Program-made: the position numbers and the translations under genes
Source: an uncultured virus (IMG/VR IMGVR_UViG_3300046171_000179)
Taxonomy: Duplodnaviria > Heunggongvirae > Uroviricota > Caudoviricetes > Crassvirales
DNA: 20,000 nucleotides
IMG/VR virus record: IMGVR_UViG_3300046171_000179
Strand: one strand, 5' to 3'
Shown: one piece after another, positions 8,306-16,955 of the stretch
Layout of the letters: each line of letters starts with the position of its first letter
Position numbering within the stretch: the stretch's first letter is position 1
Notes under the pieces: model-generated
What the model was told of the DNA's origin: nothing
The model's database searches: none
The model's input: the letters and a program-made list of their open reading frames with translations, nothing else

Positions 8306-10015
8306 CTATCCTTCCCAAGGCATTGAATCTAACTCTTGTTGATACGGTATGTAGTCGCCTGAGTCTTTATTCCATTTAAAGTGTGCCTCTGCTTGGTTTT
8401 CTCCAAGGTTTTGAAACTTAACTTTAAGTACTTTAACCTTAACTGTTTTATTAGTGTAATTCCTATGAACAAGAAGCCCGTGATAACTAGCATCATACCA
8501 CTCACCACCTCCTTTAATAGAATACATTGTCGGTTCATCCATTGTTCCATCATCTTTCTTATACATTTTAGTTGGGTGAGCTACAACAATAACAAGTACA
8601 TCATGCTTTTTTGCAAAAGCTTCTATACGTGTTAAGTATTCCATCGTTGCATCAGGTATACTCATTGCACTAGCTCCGTTCATTTTTACTTTATTATATG
8701 GATCTATAACTAAACACTTTATACCTTTACGTTTAACTAATTCAGCACCTTTGTTTAGCACAGAATCAAGATCATATCTTTCATTTTCTATAAAGTAAAA
8801 GTTATCATCTACTAGTTCTGTAACTTGATTCCACTTATCTGTACCTATATCTTCTTTCTTAGGCATCCAACCTCCTATCTTACGTATTAATTTATGAGTA
8901 TGTAAGAATGTAGGTTTGTTCTCTGGTGAAGCAAATGCTGTTTTCCAGCCGTACTTCATTTGGTAACCCACCACCATTCGATCAACAAAATCAGACTTCC
9001 CACTGCTAGGAACGCCTGTAACGGTGATGAATTGCCCTGTGTAAGTAGAGAATATGCTATCAAAGTTATCAAGACCGACTTGATAACCAGGTTTAAAACC
9101 TTCATGAATAAATTCTTGTAGTTCATCATTTACATCTTTTAAGGTTACTACATTTTCAAGAGGAACAGGACTAGCTGTATCAACAAGACGCTTGAGCATA
9201 GTATTGCCGTAGCGTAACATATATTCATTAGCATCTTTACAGTCGTTAAAGTCAACTGTATAACATACCTCTGCTCCGAACCGTCTAATGAGTTCTTGCT
9301 GTAGATTTTGTCCTGCTTCATCTTTGTCAACTGCAATGATAATTTTGGATTTGTCATCGAAATATTCAATGCAATTATCAAGGTAATCAAGGTTAAGGCG
9401 GTTAAGAGTAGCTCCGTTTGGTACACTGACCACACTGTCGATCTTAGAATCCACAAAAGATAAAGCATCCATTTCGCCTTCCACAATAACAACATAATCA
9501 CGGCCAATAGTACTATCAATATTATAGAATACTTTTTCGGCACCTTTAACAAGTTTAAAGTTTTTTCTACCATCTCTATATTTTATATTTATAAGTTCGT
9601 TATTAATAAAATAATTAAATTGAATAGTGTTCTCAACTTTAGAGGTCTGTGGCATCCACTCAGAACCTTCAGATATTCTCATCTTAATAAGTGTTCGTTG
9701 TGAAATGCCTCTGTCCTCAAACCATTTAACAGCTCTATCGCTTATAAGTACATTATTATGCCATTCAGGTTTTGTATATACTTTATTTACATCTCCTTTA
9801 CGTTGAAAGGTATGTAACTGAAATACCTCATCACAATTCATACAAGTACCAAGACCACGTTCCCAATCATACATAGCACATTTTGCTTTACGATTCTCAG
9901 GTTTTCTATCAGCAGAGCAAAGAGGACAAGTGCCCTCTTTTTTCCCTACTTCAAGATCATACTGATTGAACTGGTCAATAGTAAATCCGTTGATCTCTGT
10001 ATTGTTAATTGTCAT
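8306..10015 (-). CDS. Bifunctional primase-helicase (T7 gp4/Twinkle type)
   Basis: Zn-binding CPLC...CMNC; TOPRIM IVEGEMDALS and DKDEAG; Walker A GVPSSGKS; Walker B LVIDP; VAHP and KVKF SF4 motifs. Confidence 0.95.
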   Translation of the reverse strand: MTINNTEINGFTIDQFNQYDLEVGKKEGTCPLCSADRKPENRKAKCAMYDWERGLGTCMNCDEVFQLHTFQRKGDVNKVYTKPEWHNNVLISDRAVKWFEDRGISQRTLIKMRISEGSEWMPQTSKVENTIQFNYFINNELINIKYRDGRKNFKLVKGAEKVFYNIDSTIGRDYVVIVEGEMDALSFVDSKIDSVVSVPNGATLNRLNLDYLDNCIEYFDDKSKIIIAVDKDEAGQNLQQELIRRFGAEVCYTVDFNDCKDANEYMLRYGNTMLKRLVDTASPVPLENVVTLKDVNDELQEFIHEGFKPGYQVGLDNFDSIFSTYTGQFITVTGVPSSGKSDFVDRMVVGYQMKYGWKTAFASPENKPTFLHTHKLIRKIGGWMPKKEDIGTDKWNQVTELVDDNFYFIENERYDLDSVLNKGAELVKRKGIKCLVIDPYNKVKMNGASAMSIPDATMEYLTRIEAFAKKHDVLVIVVAHPTKMYKKDDGTMDEPTMYSIKGGGEWYDASYHGLLVHRNYTNKTVKVKVLKVKFQNLGENQAEAHFKWNKDSGDYIPYQQELDSMPWEG

Positions 10016-10016
10016 A

Positions 10017-10082
10017 TTAATCTTCGATTAAAGTTATATTCCCGTCGCTGTCGGTATTAATACTAATATAATCTTCTTCCAT
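10017..10082 (-). CDS. Putative 21-aa acidic peptide
   Basis: MEEDYISINTDSDGNITLIED; TAATG overlap with the SSB stop; ends 1 nt before the primase ATG. Confidence 0.45.
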   Translation of the reverse strand: MEEDYISINTDSDGNITLIED

Positions 10083-10411
10083 TAGAAAGGAAGGTCAGGA
10101 TCTGAACCAGCATTTGAGATACTTTGTAAAGTCTCTACATTACTTTGCTGAGGTTCACCTTCTCTAGGAGTTACCGCTACATTATTACCGTTAGTCCAAA
10201 CAACTTTTACATTACCTAAAAATGTTTTAGGAGCTTTAGCATCTCTTTCATCTTTAGTTTGTTCAGTTTGTATATAACCAGCATCTCCGTATTGGCCTAG
10301 CTCATCGTTAAGTACGATAGTAATAGGATAGTATTTACCTTTTTTACCTTCATATATCTTAGACTTATCAATCTTAGTTAGATCAATATTAGCTGAAATT
10401 AAACTTGCCAT
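10082..10411 (-). CDS. Putative single-stranded DNA-binding protein
   Basis: Beta-rich core, disordered tail ending DLPF; lies between the exonuclease and the primase-helicase. Confidence 0.75.
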   Translation of the reverse strand: MASLISANIDLTKIDKSKIYEGKKGKYYPITIVLNDELGQYGDAGYIQTEQTKDERDAKAPKTFLGNVKVVWTNGNNVAVTPREGEPQQSNVETLQSISNAGSDPDLPF

Positions 10412-10579
10412 TTAGTATGTATTTATAGTGTTAAACATTCTTCGCATCTGATCTTTTGTAGCACCTGTAGTTCTACGTAGATTATCAACAGCCTTAGTAT
10501 GCGATTGGTTGCTGTAAAAATTATTCACGCTTGTGTTAACTCCTGTTACATCACAAACTCTTTTTCTTGTTCTTGCCAT
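10412..10579 (-). CDS. Small hypothetical protein (55 aa)
   Basis: Hand translation MARTRKRVCDVTGVNTS...MFNTINTY; stop abuts the SSB ATG. Confidence 0.65.
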   Translation of the reverse strand: MARTRKRVCDVTGVNTSVNNFYSNQSHTKAVDNLRRTTGATKDQMRRMFNTINTY

Positions 10580-10588
10580 AAAATTAAA

Positions 10589-11320
10589 TTAAAGTGTTTT
10601 GGAGATATAATATTGGCTAAAATCTCCTTCGCCATTTACAAAAAACTCATTATATGCTTGAGCTGCTTTAGCAACTTTGTTTTGACCTGATTGTAGGAAC
10701 TGATCACTACAGTCAAATAAACCTAGCTGCATAGTCTTTTTATCGACAACTATAAATATAAGCTCATAGCCAAACATCTTAGAATATATATAAGCTTGAC
10801 TGTCGTAGTTATATTTATATGCTGAACTAGCAAATGAATTTATATTATTTGTTGTTTTAAGATCTACTATTAGTTGATGACTATGATTTATGATATCAGC
10901 TTTGCCTTTCCAATTTAAGTCTTCTAACTTAGTTACACCAGGCACTTCATATTCAACGTTACCCTCACGTATCATATCATAAAACAATTCATTATCTAAT
11001 ACTTTCTCTCGCATCAACTCAATATGATCAGCTTCATGTTCTAACAGGCATATATCTTCGCCAGCTAACTCTTTGTAAGCTTTTGTATTTCTAGTTGATG
11101 ATTTTATTATCTTATACTTATCAAGCTTTTCAGGCTCTAGTATAGTCGTATGGAAATAACCACCTACAACAAATGCAGGATTTGGTGGCGATGGCTTTTT
11201 AAAATCGAGAGGATTATTTAATAGCGCTGATATGTCACTGTTACTAAGATATTGTTTACCAAAATCTCCGTAATAATGTTCATCATCTCTTAACTTCTCG
11301 ATTATATCTTTTTTATCCAT
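10589..11320 (-). CDS. PD-(D/E)XK exonuclease (RecE/exonuclease VIII-like)
   Basis: LSNSDI, GGYFH, KGKADII...IVDLKTT, YDSQAYIY motifs; adjacent to ERF. Confidence 0.85.
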   Translation of the reverse strand: MDKKDIIEKLRDDEHYYGDFGKQYLSNSDISALLNNPLDFKKPSPPNPAFVVGGYFHTTILEPEKLDKYKIIKSSTRNTKAYKELAGEDICLLEHEADHIELMREKVLDNELFYDMIREGNVEYEVPGVTKLEDLNWKGKADIINHSHQLIVDLKTTNNINSFASSAYKYNYDSQAYIYSKMFGYELIFIVVDKKTMQLGLFDCSDQFLQSGQNKVAKAAQAYNEFFVNGEGDFSQYYISKTL

Positions 11321-11900
11321 TCAATTGTGTTAAAGCTTCAGCTGTTATAGAATATTTTTCTTGTAATGTCTTCATTAAACCTCCATTAGCTAAGAACTTT
11401 TTAGCTTGATCTATATTTTTCATATCTATAATAGGTTTCTTATCAGCCATTATCTTATTTTCAAGAGCGTTAACTTTAGCTTTTAAAGTTTGTCTTGCTA
11501 CATCTTTCCCATGCGTATTAGTTGCATCTGAATCAGCTGTATCATCTATAAGTAATAGATTACCTAATGCATATTTCTTACCGTAAGATGATGCTGAACC
11601 AAACTTCTGAGGCATCTGCATACCTTTTTGGTTAAGATCAATACCTACTACAGCAGTACCTTCAACTTGATCGCCTGTTTCAGCATCTACAATTGTAGCT
11701 GTACTATGTAATATAGGAAACTCACCTAATGTTAAGTTTTCTCTTATTGTAAAATATACTCCATGTTCTTTATTAAAAGGTTTTAAAGCTTCTAATATAT
11801 CTTCAGCAGATCTAAACATGTAATTACCAAAGCTATTTTTTCTAGACTTTTTAGCTTTGAACTCTGCTTGTATTGTACTAAGTTTTTCTCTAATGTTCAT
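11313..11900 (-). CDS. ERF-family single-strand annealing protein
   Basis: NSFGNYMFRSAEDILEALKP and QKFGSASSYGKKYALGNLLLIDDTADSD, typical of ERF. Confidence 0.9.
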   Translation of the reverse strand: MNIREKLSTIQAEFKAKKSRKNSFGNYMFRSAEDILEALKPFNKEHGVYFTIRENLTLGEFPILHSTATIVDAETGDQVEGTAVVGIDLNQKGMQMPQKFGSASSYGKKYALGNLLLIDDTADSDATNTHGKDVARQTLKAKVNALENKIMADKKPIIDMKNIDQAKKFLANGGLMKTLQEKYSITAEALTQLNG

Positions 11901-12003
11901 TTGATTGAATTATTTCGTAATTAATATACATACCATTTTTATAATATGTCCTGATACCATCACCCTCGGTGTATGTATCAATGTCTGTTATATAATCTTT
12001 CAT
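11890..12003 (-). CDS. Small hypothetical protein (37 aa)
   Basis: MKDYITDIDTYTEGDGIRTYY...; ATGA overlap with the upstream ORF. Confidence 0.45.
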   Translation of the reverse strand: MKDYITDIDTYTEGDGIRTYYKNGMYINYEIIQSNEH

Positions 12004-12362
12004 ATTAAATCATATATAACTCCATTCTTCTTAAATAATCTACGTTTAGCGTAGTTATCTATCTTGCCAAATACAGTATGACCATCAACGTAGTCATTAT
12101 TATATTCATCATACTCATTATATATCTTAGCTTTTTTAGATACACCTTTACCTGTTAATTGATAACTGTTAATTGGTATATATTTACCTGATGATACAGG
12201 TGATACAATGCTAAAATTATAATTTGCCTGTTTTTCTCTAGGCGCATTATCTTTGTAAGGATTAGGAGGTGAATCCCCTTGCCTTACATATTGTAATTCG
12301 TCAATAGCTGTGAAACAGCTTTTATATTTAGTCTTAAACTTATACATAGTATTATAGTGCAA
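12000..12362 (-). CDS. Hypothetical protein
   Basis: ORF in operon orientation; start uncertain. Confidence 0.65.
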   Translation of the reverse strand: MHYNTMYKFKTKYKSCFTAIDELQYVRQGDSPPNPYKDNAPREKQANYNFSIVSPVSSGKYIPINSYQLTGKGVSKKAKIYNEYDEYNNDYVDGHTVFGKIDNYAKRRLFKKNGVIYDLI

Positions 12363-12380
12363 TTATTTGTTAAAGGGACC

Positions 12381-13157
12381 TTAATCCTGATATATTTTTA
12401 AATTTTTTGCAGAGTACTCATGTACTTTTGACTGCGAGCGTATACCATTAGTAGAAACATAGTAAGCTAACTCATTTAAAGCATCTTCATTGGATCTTAA
12501 TCTTTTTAAGAGCCTTTGTTTTTGCTTTTTTACACTTTCCATGTTGCCACCATAGTGTTTAGCAATATCAGCTATTTTTTTAGGTTTAGAATAAATATCA
12601 TCTAAACCATAAAACATTTGCATCATGCCTGAATACTTAGGTATATATTTTTTTAACCATCCTATAAGGTAATCGCCTAGTTTATCATGCTCATAATTAT
12701 ATACGTCATCTTCAACCATAGAGATTACATCGCTATCAAACCATTGAGGAAATAATACAGATATAAAACCAAATCCATTTGTATGTCTCTTTTTATCTTT
12801 ATTATTCCAAATGCCTTTTATAGGTCTACCAGATCCATCGACATTTTCTTTTATTCTATCTCCAACAATACCTTTAATACTGATACTCAAGAACTTACTA
12901 ACTGTTTTATTCTTGTCTAATTTTGATTCTAACTTATTTATATAGTTCCAATCAATATTACTCCAAGCTGTTAGTAATGCTAAATATGCCTCTTGATTTA
13001 GATCATTAATATTCATGACACCAATAGCTGAATAATCTTTTGAATAACTATTTGCTATTTTAGTTGCCATCTTAAAATAATCAGAAGGTATATTAGATTT
13101 TATATTATTAACTGTTTGCCGGTTGATAGCATAGATTTTCTTATTAAAATTTTTCAT
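12381..13157 (-). CDS. Phage-encoded sigma-70-like transcription factor
   Basis: Region 2-like DLNQEAYLALLTAW; region 4 HTH-like YGL...IADIAKHYGGNMESVKKQKQRLLKRLR. Confidence 0.75.
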   Translation of the reverse strand: MKNFNKKIYAINRQTVNNIKSNIPSDYFKMATKIANSYSKDYSAIGVMNINDLNQEAYLALLTAWSNIDWNYINKLESKLDKNKTVSKFLSISIKGIVGDRIKENVDGSGRPIKGIWNNKDKKRHTNGFGFISVLFPQWFDSDVISMVEDDVYNYEHDKLGDYLIGWLKKYIPKYSGMMQMFYGLDDIYSKPKKIADIAKHYGGNMESVKKQKQRLLKRLRSNEDALNELAYYVSTNGIRSQSKVHEYSAKNLKIYQD

Positions 13158-13369
13158 ATATGTAATAATTTTAATCTTCTACTATATTTTCTTATTAAAG
13201 CAGCTCTGTGTTTAAGCTCTTTTACAGGTATTCTATTCCTAGCTTCTCCTGTTAATACAATTTCTATAATTTCTTCACGTAGAGAGTAAATTTGATTCCA
13301 AAGATACTCTCTGTGTTTAGAAGCTCTAGATCTAGTATCAATTCTTATATTTCCTATTTTTATTAGCAT
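13154..13369 (-). CDS. Hypothetical basic protein
   Basis: 71-aa ORF with ATGA overlap to the sigma gene. Confidence 0.65.
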   Translation of the reverse strand: MLIKIGNIRIDTRSRASKHREYLWNQIYSLREEIIEIVLTGEARNRIPVKELKHRAALIRKYSRRLKLLHI

Positions 13370-13456
13370 CTTTCTTTGGTTTTCTAAATGCGTTGATCTT
13401 AGATCTTATGTTAAATACATCTGTTGATGTAAGATGTTTATATATTTGATATCCTT

Positions 13457-13624
13457 TCATACGTAGTTCCAAATTGAGTCTATTTTTTCGACATAAGTTA
13501 TACCGCCTTGATTAAAATGTAGATTCTTATGTTTATCAAAGCTAGGTGGTAATTCTCCAATAGCATAAGGTTTAAATTCAATTACTTTTCCAGTTGTTAA
13601 ACTTCTTAGTTTTCTTGTTTTCAT
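13457..13624 (-). CDS. Small hypothetical protein (55 aa)
   Basis: MKTRKLRSLTTGKVIEFKPYAIGELPP...IWNYV; TAATG and ATGA overlaps. Confidence 0.6.
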   Translation of the reverse strand: MKTRKLRSLTTGKVIEFKPYAIGELPPSFDKHKNLHFNQGGITYVEKIDSIWNYV

Positions 13625-13761
13625 TAATATAAAGGTTTAGTTAAATTTTCTTCTGTTTCCCAATGCTCAACAATATGTTCACCTGTTGAGTCATCAATAT
13701 AATATGTTCTATCGTGTATAGTTATAAATACACAGTCTTCTGATCTTACATCTATTATCAT
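13624..13761 (-). CDS. Small hypothetical protein (45 aa)
   Basis: MIIDVRSEDCVFITIHDRTYYIDDSTGE...; coupled overlaps. Confidence 0.6.
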   Translation of the reverse strand: MIIDVRSEDCVFITIHDRTYYIDDSTGEHIVEHWETEENLTKPLY

Positions 13762-13922
13762 GTTTTCTTTTTAATTGTTAATCCTTGTTTACCGAATATA
13801 GTAGTATAACCAAACTCATATCCGTCTTCTAACTCGTATTTAATGTTCTTAGCTGGTGGTTTATTTGCACCACCACCCATATATTTGTCTATTAAATACC
13901 TTTTTATCTCTTTTTTATTCAT
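13758..13922 (-). CDS. Small hypothetical protein (54 aa)
   Basis: MNKKEIKRYLIDKYMGGG...; overlaps the ligase stop. Confidence 0.55.
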   Translation of the reverse strand: MNKKEIKRYLIDKYMGGGANKPPAKNIKYELEDGYEFGYTTIFGKQGLTIKKKT

Positions 13923-14772
13923 AATCACGAACGCTTTTGAAGAGAGGATGTCTGTAAGAGCCTGATGGTGTACGTTGGAAATAAGTAAACGTTGCTGTTT
14001 TGCCTATATACCACTCAGCAATGTCATACATTTTTGTTAGTATAGGCATTTTATCCATCACTGGCATTCCGAACTCGACACCGTTAGCGTCTCGTGCAAG
14101 AAATTTGCCGATCGTGCCAGTACGTTTGCCTTGGCCTTCCACCCAGCCGATGATCGTTGCTTCTGTATCGTGGAAATCTTTGAACTTTTGTAAATTGTAA
14201 CTGCGTTTGTTTTCATATGGTTTGTTATTACGTAAGATTGAGCCCTCGTAGCCTAGCTCGAGAAATCGTTTGTGCCATTCAGTGGCTGATTCAATAATTG
14301 ATACTTCATGCGTTTCAACTGTTTTGCAATATTGCAATGTAAATTCTTTATGAAGTTTTTTAATACATTCATTTCGGTATCGAAAAGTAGAATCAATACC
14401 GTCAATTGGCATAAATATGTCATAATTATGAAATTGTATTACTTTAGCTTCTTTACGTTCAGCATCAGATGGTGATTGTTTACGTACAAGAGAGATAATT
14501 TTGTTAAAGTTATCTTTGTAATTGTGATTATATAACTCACCGTCTAGCACGACGTGAGGATATTTGTTAAACAATGGTCGTAGTTCATCTGTTATATGCT
14601 GAACGTTCATAAATCTTTTATGGTTACGTGAAAACGCACCGTGATAGGTAATATAGCAACGCACACCATCCAGCTTCGGTTGAATAAAAGAATCTTTGTC
14701 AAATTCTTTTTTACCTACTGGATGAGCAAGCATTACCTTAAAGTTTGTCATAGTCGGCTTTGATTTTATCAT
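13915..14772 (-). CDS. ATP-dependent DNA ligase (minimal adenylation + OB domains)
   Basis: Motif I QPKLDGVR, III LDGELY, IIIa YDIF, IV YEGSILR, V LQKFK, VI YRHP. Confidence 0.95.
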   Translation of the reverse strand: MIKSKPTMTNFKVMLAHPVGKKEFDKDSFIQPKLDGVRCYITYHGAFSRNHKRFMNVQHITDELRPLFNKYPHVVLDGELYNHNYKDNFNKIISLVRKQSPSDAERKEAKVIQFHNYDIFMPIDGIDSTFRYRNECIKKLHKEFTLQYCKTVETHEVSIIESATEWHKRFLELGYEGSILRNNKPYENKRSYNLQKFKDFHDTEATIIGWVEGQGKRTGTIGKFLARDANGVEFGMPVMDKMPILTKMYDIAEWYIGKTATFTYFQRTPSGSYRHPLFKSVRDYE

Positions 14773-15034
14773 ATATTTCTTGTAATTCTTGTAATAATTC
14801 GTATTTTTCTTCTTGTATTAACTTTTCTTTAGTTAACATCAGCTCTGTAAGCTGTCTAGCAAGAGTGTCTTTTTCACTATATTTAGCATTGCCAAATGCA
14901 TCTATATCTTTATGTAAGAACTCTTCAGCTGGCATAACCCTTACGTTAGGGTCTTGTTCAAAGTTAAAGTGTAGATTATCTAACACTTTCTTTGCTATCA
15001 TATCAGATAGCTCGTTTAGTTGTTCAGGCGTCAT
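14738..15034 (-). CDS. Hypothetical protein with C-terminal UVR (UvrB/C)-like helical hairpin
   Basis: KEKLIQEEKYELLQELQE resembles the UVR pattern; weak. Confidence 0.6.
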   Translation of the reverse strand: MTPEQLNELSDMIAKKVLDNLHFNFEQDPNVRVMPAEEFLHKDIDAFGNAKYSEKDTLARQLTELMLTKEKLIQEEKYELLQELQEIYDKIKADYDKL

Positions 15035-15302
15035 TTGTTTGTTTTAGTGCTTCTTCTTCTGCTTCTATTTCTTTTGCTCTTCTTAAGTCATCCATATATC
15101 TGTTATCAGTATAATCTCTTAATTCTAAGATAAAGTATTCTACTATATCTGATAAGTCAAAACCATCTTCTATAAGTGGTCTACATGATTCTACGTTCAT
15201 TTCCATACGATATCCACCGCCCATGAGTTCTTTCATGCGTTTTATCTTGTTATGGTAAGTTATGTAGTTGTCTAAGTCTTTTGTTATTTTTGGATCAATC
15301 AT
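15024..15302 (-). CDS. Hypothetical protein
   Basis: 92-aa ORF overlapping its neighbours. Confidence 0.7.
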   Translation of the reverse strand: MIDPKITKDLDNYITYHNKIKRMKELMGGGYRMEMNVESCRPLIEDGFDLSDIVEYFILELRDYTDNRYMDDLRRAKEIEAEEEALKQTNDA

Positions 15303-15630
15303 TGTTTTTGTCGTTTAATTCTTCTAAGTAATCTTGTACTTCGCCTTCAGGTAAATACTGTTCGAAGTCAGCTATCCATATTACTGCAGGATCACCGTCA
15401 TAGCTTTCATTGTCAGCTGTTTCTTTGATTCTGTCTATAACATCTTCAAAGCTAGGTTCGTAGTAATATACATCATATTCCCAGTCTAATTGTCTAGGAT
15501 CATTAGACATTACGTGCAATTCATAGCCATCAGCAGTATTCCACGTGCCTATTTCTAGGTTTGGTGTACCGCGATAGTCGTCTGTTAAGTTTACGTTTAG
15601 AGCTTCGCCAAGCTTCTCATATATATCCAT
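15295..15630 (-). CDS. Highly acidic hypothetical protein
   Basis: 111 aa with 30 D/E against 6 K/R (hand count). Confidence 0.75.
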   Translation of the reverse strand: MDIYEKLGEALNVNLTDDYRGTPNLEIGTWNTADGYELHVMSNDPRQLDWEYDVYYYEPSFEDVIDRIKETADNESYDGDPAVIWIADFEQYLPEGEVQDYLEELNDKNND

Positions 15631-15632
15631 AT

Positions 15633-15773
15633 TTATTGTTGTAATTGATTAAACATTTCAGTTATTTCTTTTGTTATATTATCACAATTAGTATTGTTTT
15701 GTAACGTACTTTTTGTAATTTTATTATGATGAAACTTATAAGTGCCATCATTCCAGTTTATAGTTATTTTCAT
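15633..15773 (-). CDS. Small hypothetical protein (46 aa) containing a promoter repeat
   Basis: MKITINWNDGTYKFHHNKITKSTLQNNTNCDNITKEITEMFNQLQQ. Confidence 0.45.
   Translation of the reverse strand: MKITINWNDGTYKFHHNKITKSTLQNNTNCDNITKEITEMFNQLQQ
15675..15714 (-). promoter_or_regulatory. Repeated early-promoter motif, copy 5
   Basis: Minus strand AAAAAGTACGTTAC-N14-TGTGATAATATA. Confidence 0.8.
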
Positions 15774-15778
15774 ATTTA

Positions 15779-16012
15779 CTAAGTTGTAAGTTGTTCTTCA
15801 CTATTACATAAAAATCTTATTTCTTTCCAAACTCTTAAATTTCTTATAGCGTGAGACGCTAATCCAGCTGTTTGTTCTTCATCAATACCTGCTAAGCCTT
15901 TATGTCTATTTTTAAAATAGTAATTAGCTTCATATTCAAGATGATGAATTTTAGAATAAATCTTGTTATGTATTCTTTCGTTTATATATTTTTGCGTTTC
16001 TTGTTTATTCAT
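15779..16012 (-). CDS. Hypothetical protein
   Basis: 77-aa ORF in the early region. Confidence 0.65.
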   Translation of the reverse strand: MNKQETQKYINERIHNKIYSKIHHLEYEANYYFKNRHKGLAGIDEEQTAGLASHAIRNLRVWKEIRFLCNSEEQLTT

Positions 16013-16111
16013 AATGCTTATCTAGCAATTTATTGGCAGTTTCCATACTGATCTCATTGATCTCATATAGATGCCATATTAATTTAGTCATATTTATTTA
16101 TTTAAAGTTAG

Positions 16112-16184
16112 TTGCGCAGGGAGGATTCGAACCTCCGACCTCAAGGTTATGAGCCTTGCGAGCTGACCTCTGCTCTACTGCGCT
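16112..16184 (-). tRNA. tRNA-Met(CAT), initiator (fMet)-like
   Basis: AGCGCAG-TA-GAGC AGAGGTCA GCTC-G-CAAGG CTCATAA CCTTG-AGGTC-GGAGG TTCGAAT CCTCC-CTGCGCA-A; 1:72 mismatch; followed by CTA, so CCA is not encoded. Confidence 0.93.
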
Positions 16185-16191
16185 AAAATGT

Positions 16192-16305
16192 AGGACCTCA
16201 CCAACGGTTTTATTTACCCACGCGTTGGTACGTTGGCTTTTTGGTCCTGTTTGTGTTACGTGAGTCTTGTTATCTACTCAATTAAGGCGCTCATTCATCT
16301 AACAC
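16192..16305 (-). ncRNA. Two tandem stem-loop structures in the tRNA 5' leader
   Basis: GTGTTA/TAACAC enclosing TGAGT/ACTCA; AGGACC/GGTCCT enclosing ACCAACG/CGTTGGT; GC-richer than flanks, no ORF. Confidence 0.45.
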
Positions 16306-16412
16306 TGTTTTTTTAATATTGATTTTGTTGCCATTGTGTAATACCTGAGTTATATCGCTCATAGTATTGACGTTCTAACGCTTCTATTTGAGCGCTAGTT
16401 ATTTTAGCTATT

Positions 16413-16694
16413 TTATTTACCTTGTGCTTCCTCTTTTTCATTTATTGATTCGTTTATTATATGTTCTGCTATTTCATGATAATTTACTTCAGATAAAAAT
16501 GCGTGAGCATAAGAATCTTTTAGTAAATCTTTTTTTAATTCTGGACCATCACCAAATACAGCGTCTTCAACTAATTCTTTTACATAGTCAGCATCAACAT
16601 GCTCACATTCATACCAGTCATAACCGTCTATTATTTCTAAATTAACTCGCCATGTAGCGTAATTAGTCCATCCATTGTGTCTTTTATCACTCAT
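16413..16694 (-). CDS. Conserved phage hypothetical protein (NGWxNYxTW motif)
   Basis: N-terminal HNGWTNYATWRVNL pattern recalled from phage early proteins; acidic. Confidence 0.75.
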   Translation of the reverse strand: MSDKRHNGWTNYATWRVNLEIIDGYDWYECEHVDADYVKELVEDAVFGDGPELKKDLLKDSYAHAFLSEVNYHEIAEHIINESINEKEEAQGK

Positions 16695-16846
16695 TATTGA
16701 TTCATTTTAAAGTATTCTCTTATTTGATTCATCTTTGATAAACCTATGTCATATTTACTATATACGTAATTGACTTTTTGATCTATATTTAGATGCGTTT
16801 GATAACTAATTACATTATCAAGTATATTTATTTCTGTATTTGTCAT
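16694..16846 (-). CDS. Small hypothetical protein (50 aa)
   Basis: MTNTEINILDNVISYQ...; TAATG overlap with the next gene. Confidence 0.55.
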   Translation of the reverse strand: MTNTEINILDNVISYQTHLNIDQKVNYVYSKYDIGLSKMNQIREYFKMNQ

Positions 16847-16955
16847 AATTTATTTTTTAATTTTAATAGCTTTTCTCTCATTTCAAGAGGAGTAAGACCA
16901 GATTTACCTGAATTAAAGATAAATTGATTCATTATTGCTATTTTTTTAGCTTCTG

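Noticed and set aside
1293..14772. Stop-codon reassignment, introns or inteins in core genes
   Set aside because: RNR, primase-helicase and ligase are uninterrupted and of normal length in the standard code, and no suppressor tRNA is present.
16192..16250. HDV-like (theta) or twister ribozyme next to the tRNA
   Set aside because: A G.U-closed 7-bp helix is possible, but the helix order and pseudoknot partners do not fit, and the element is 5' of the tRNA rather than 3'.
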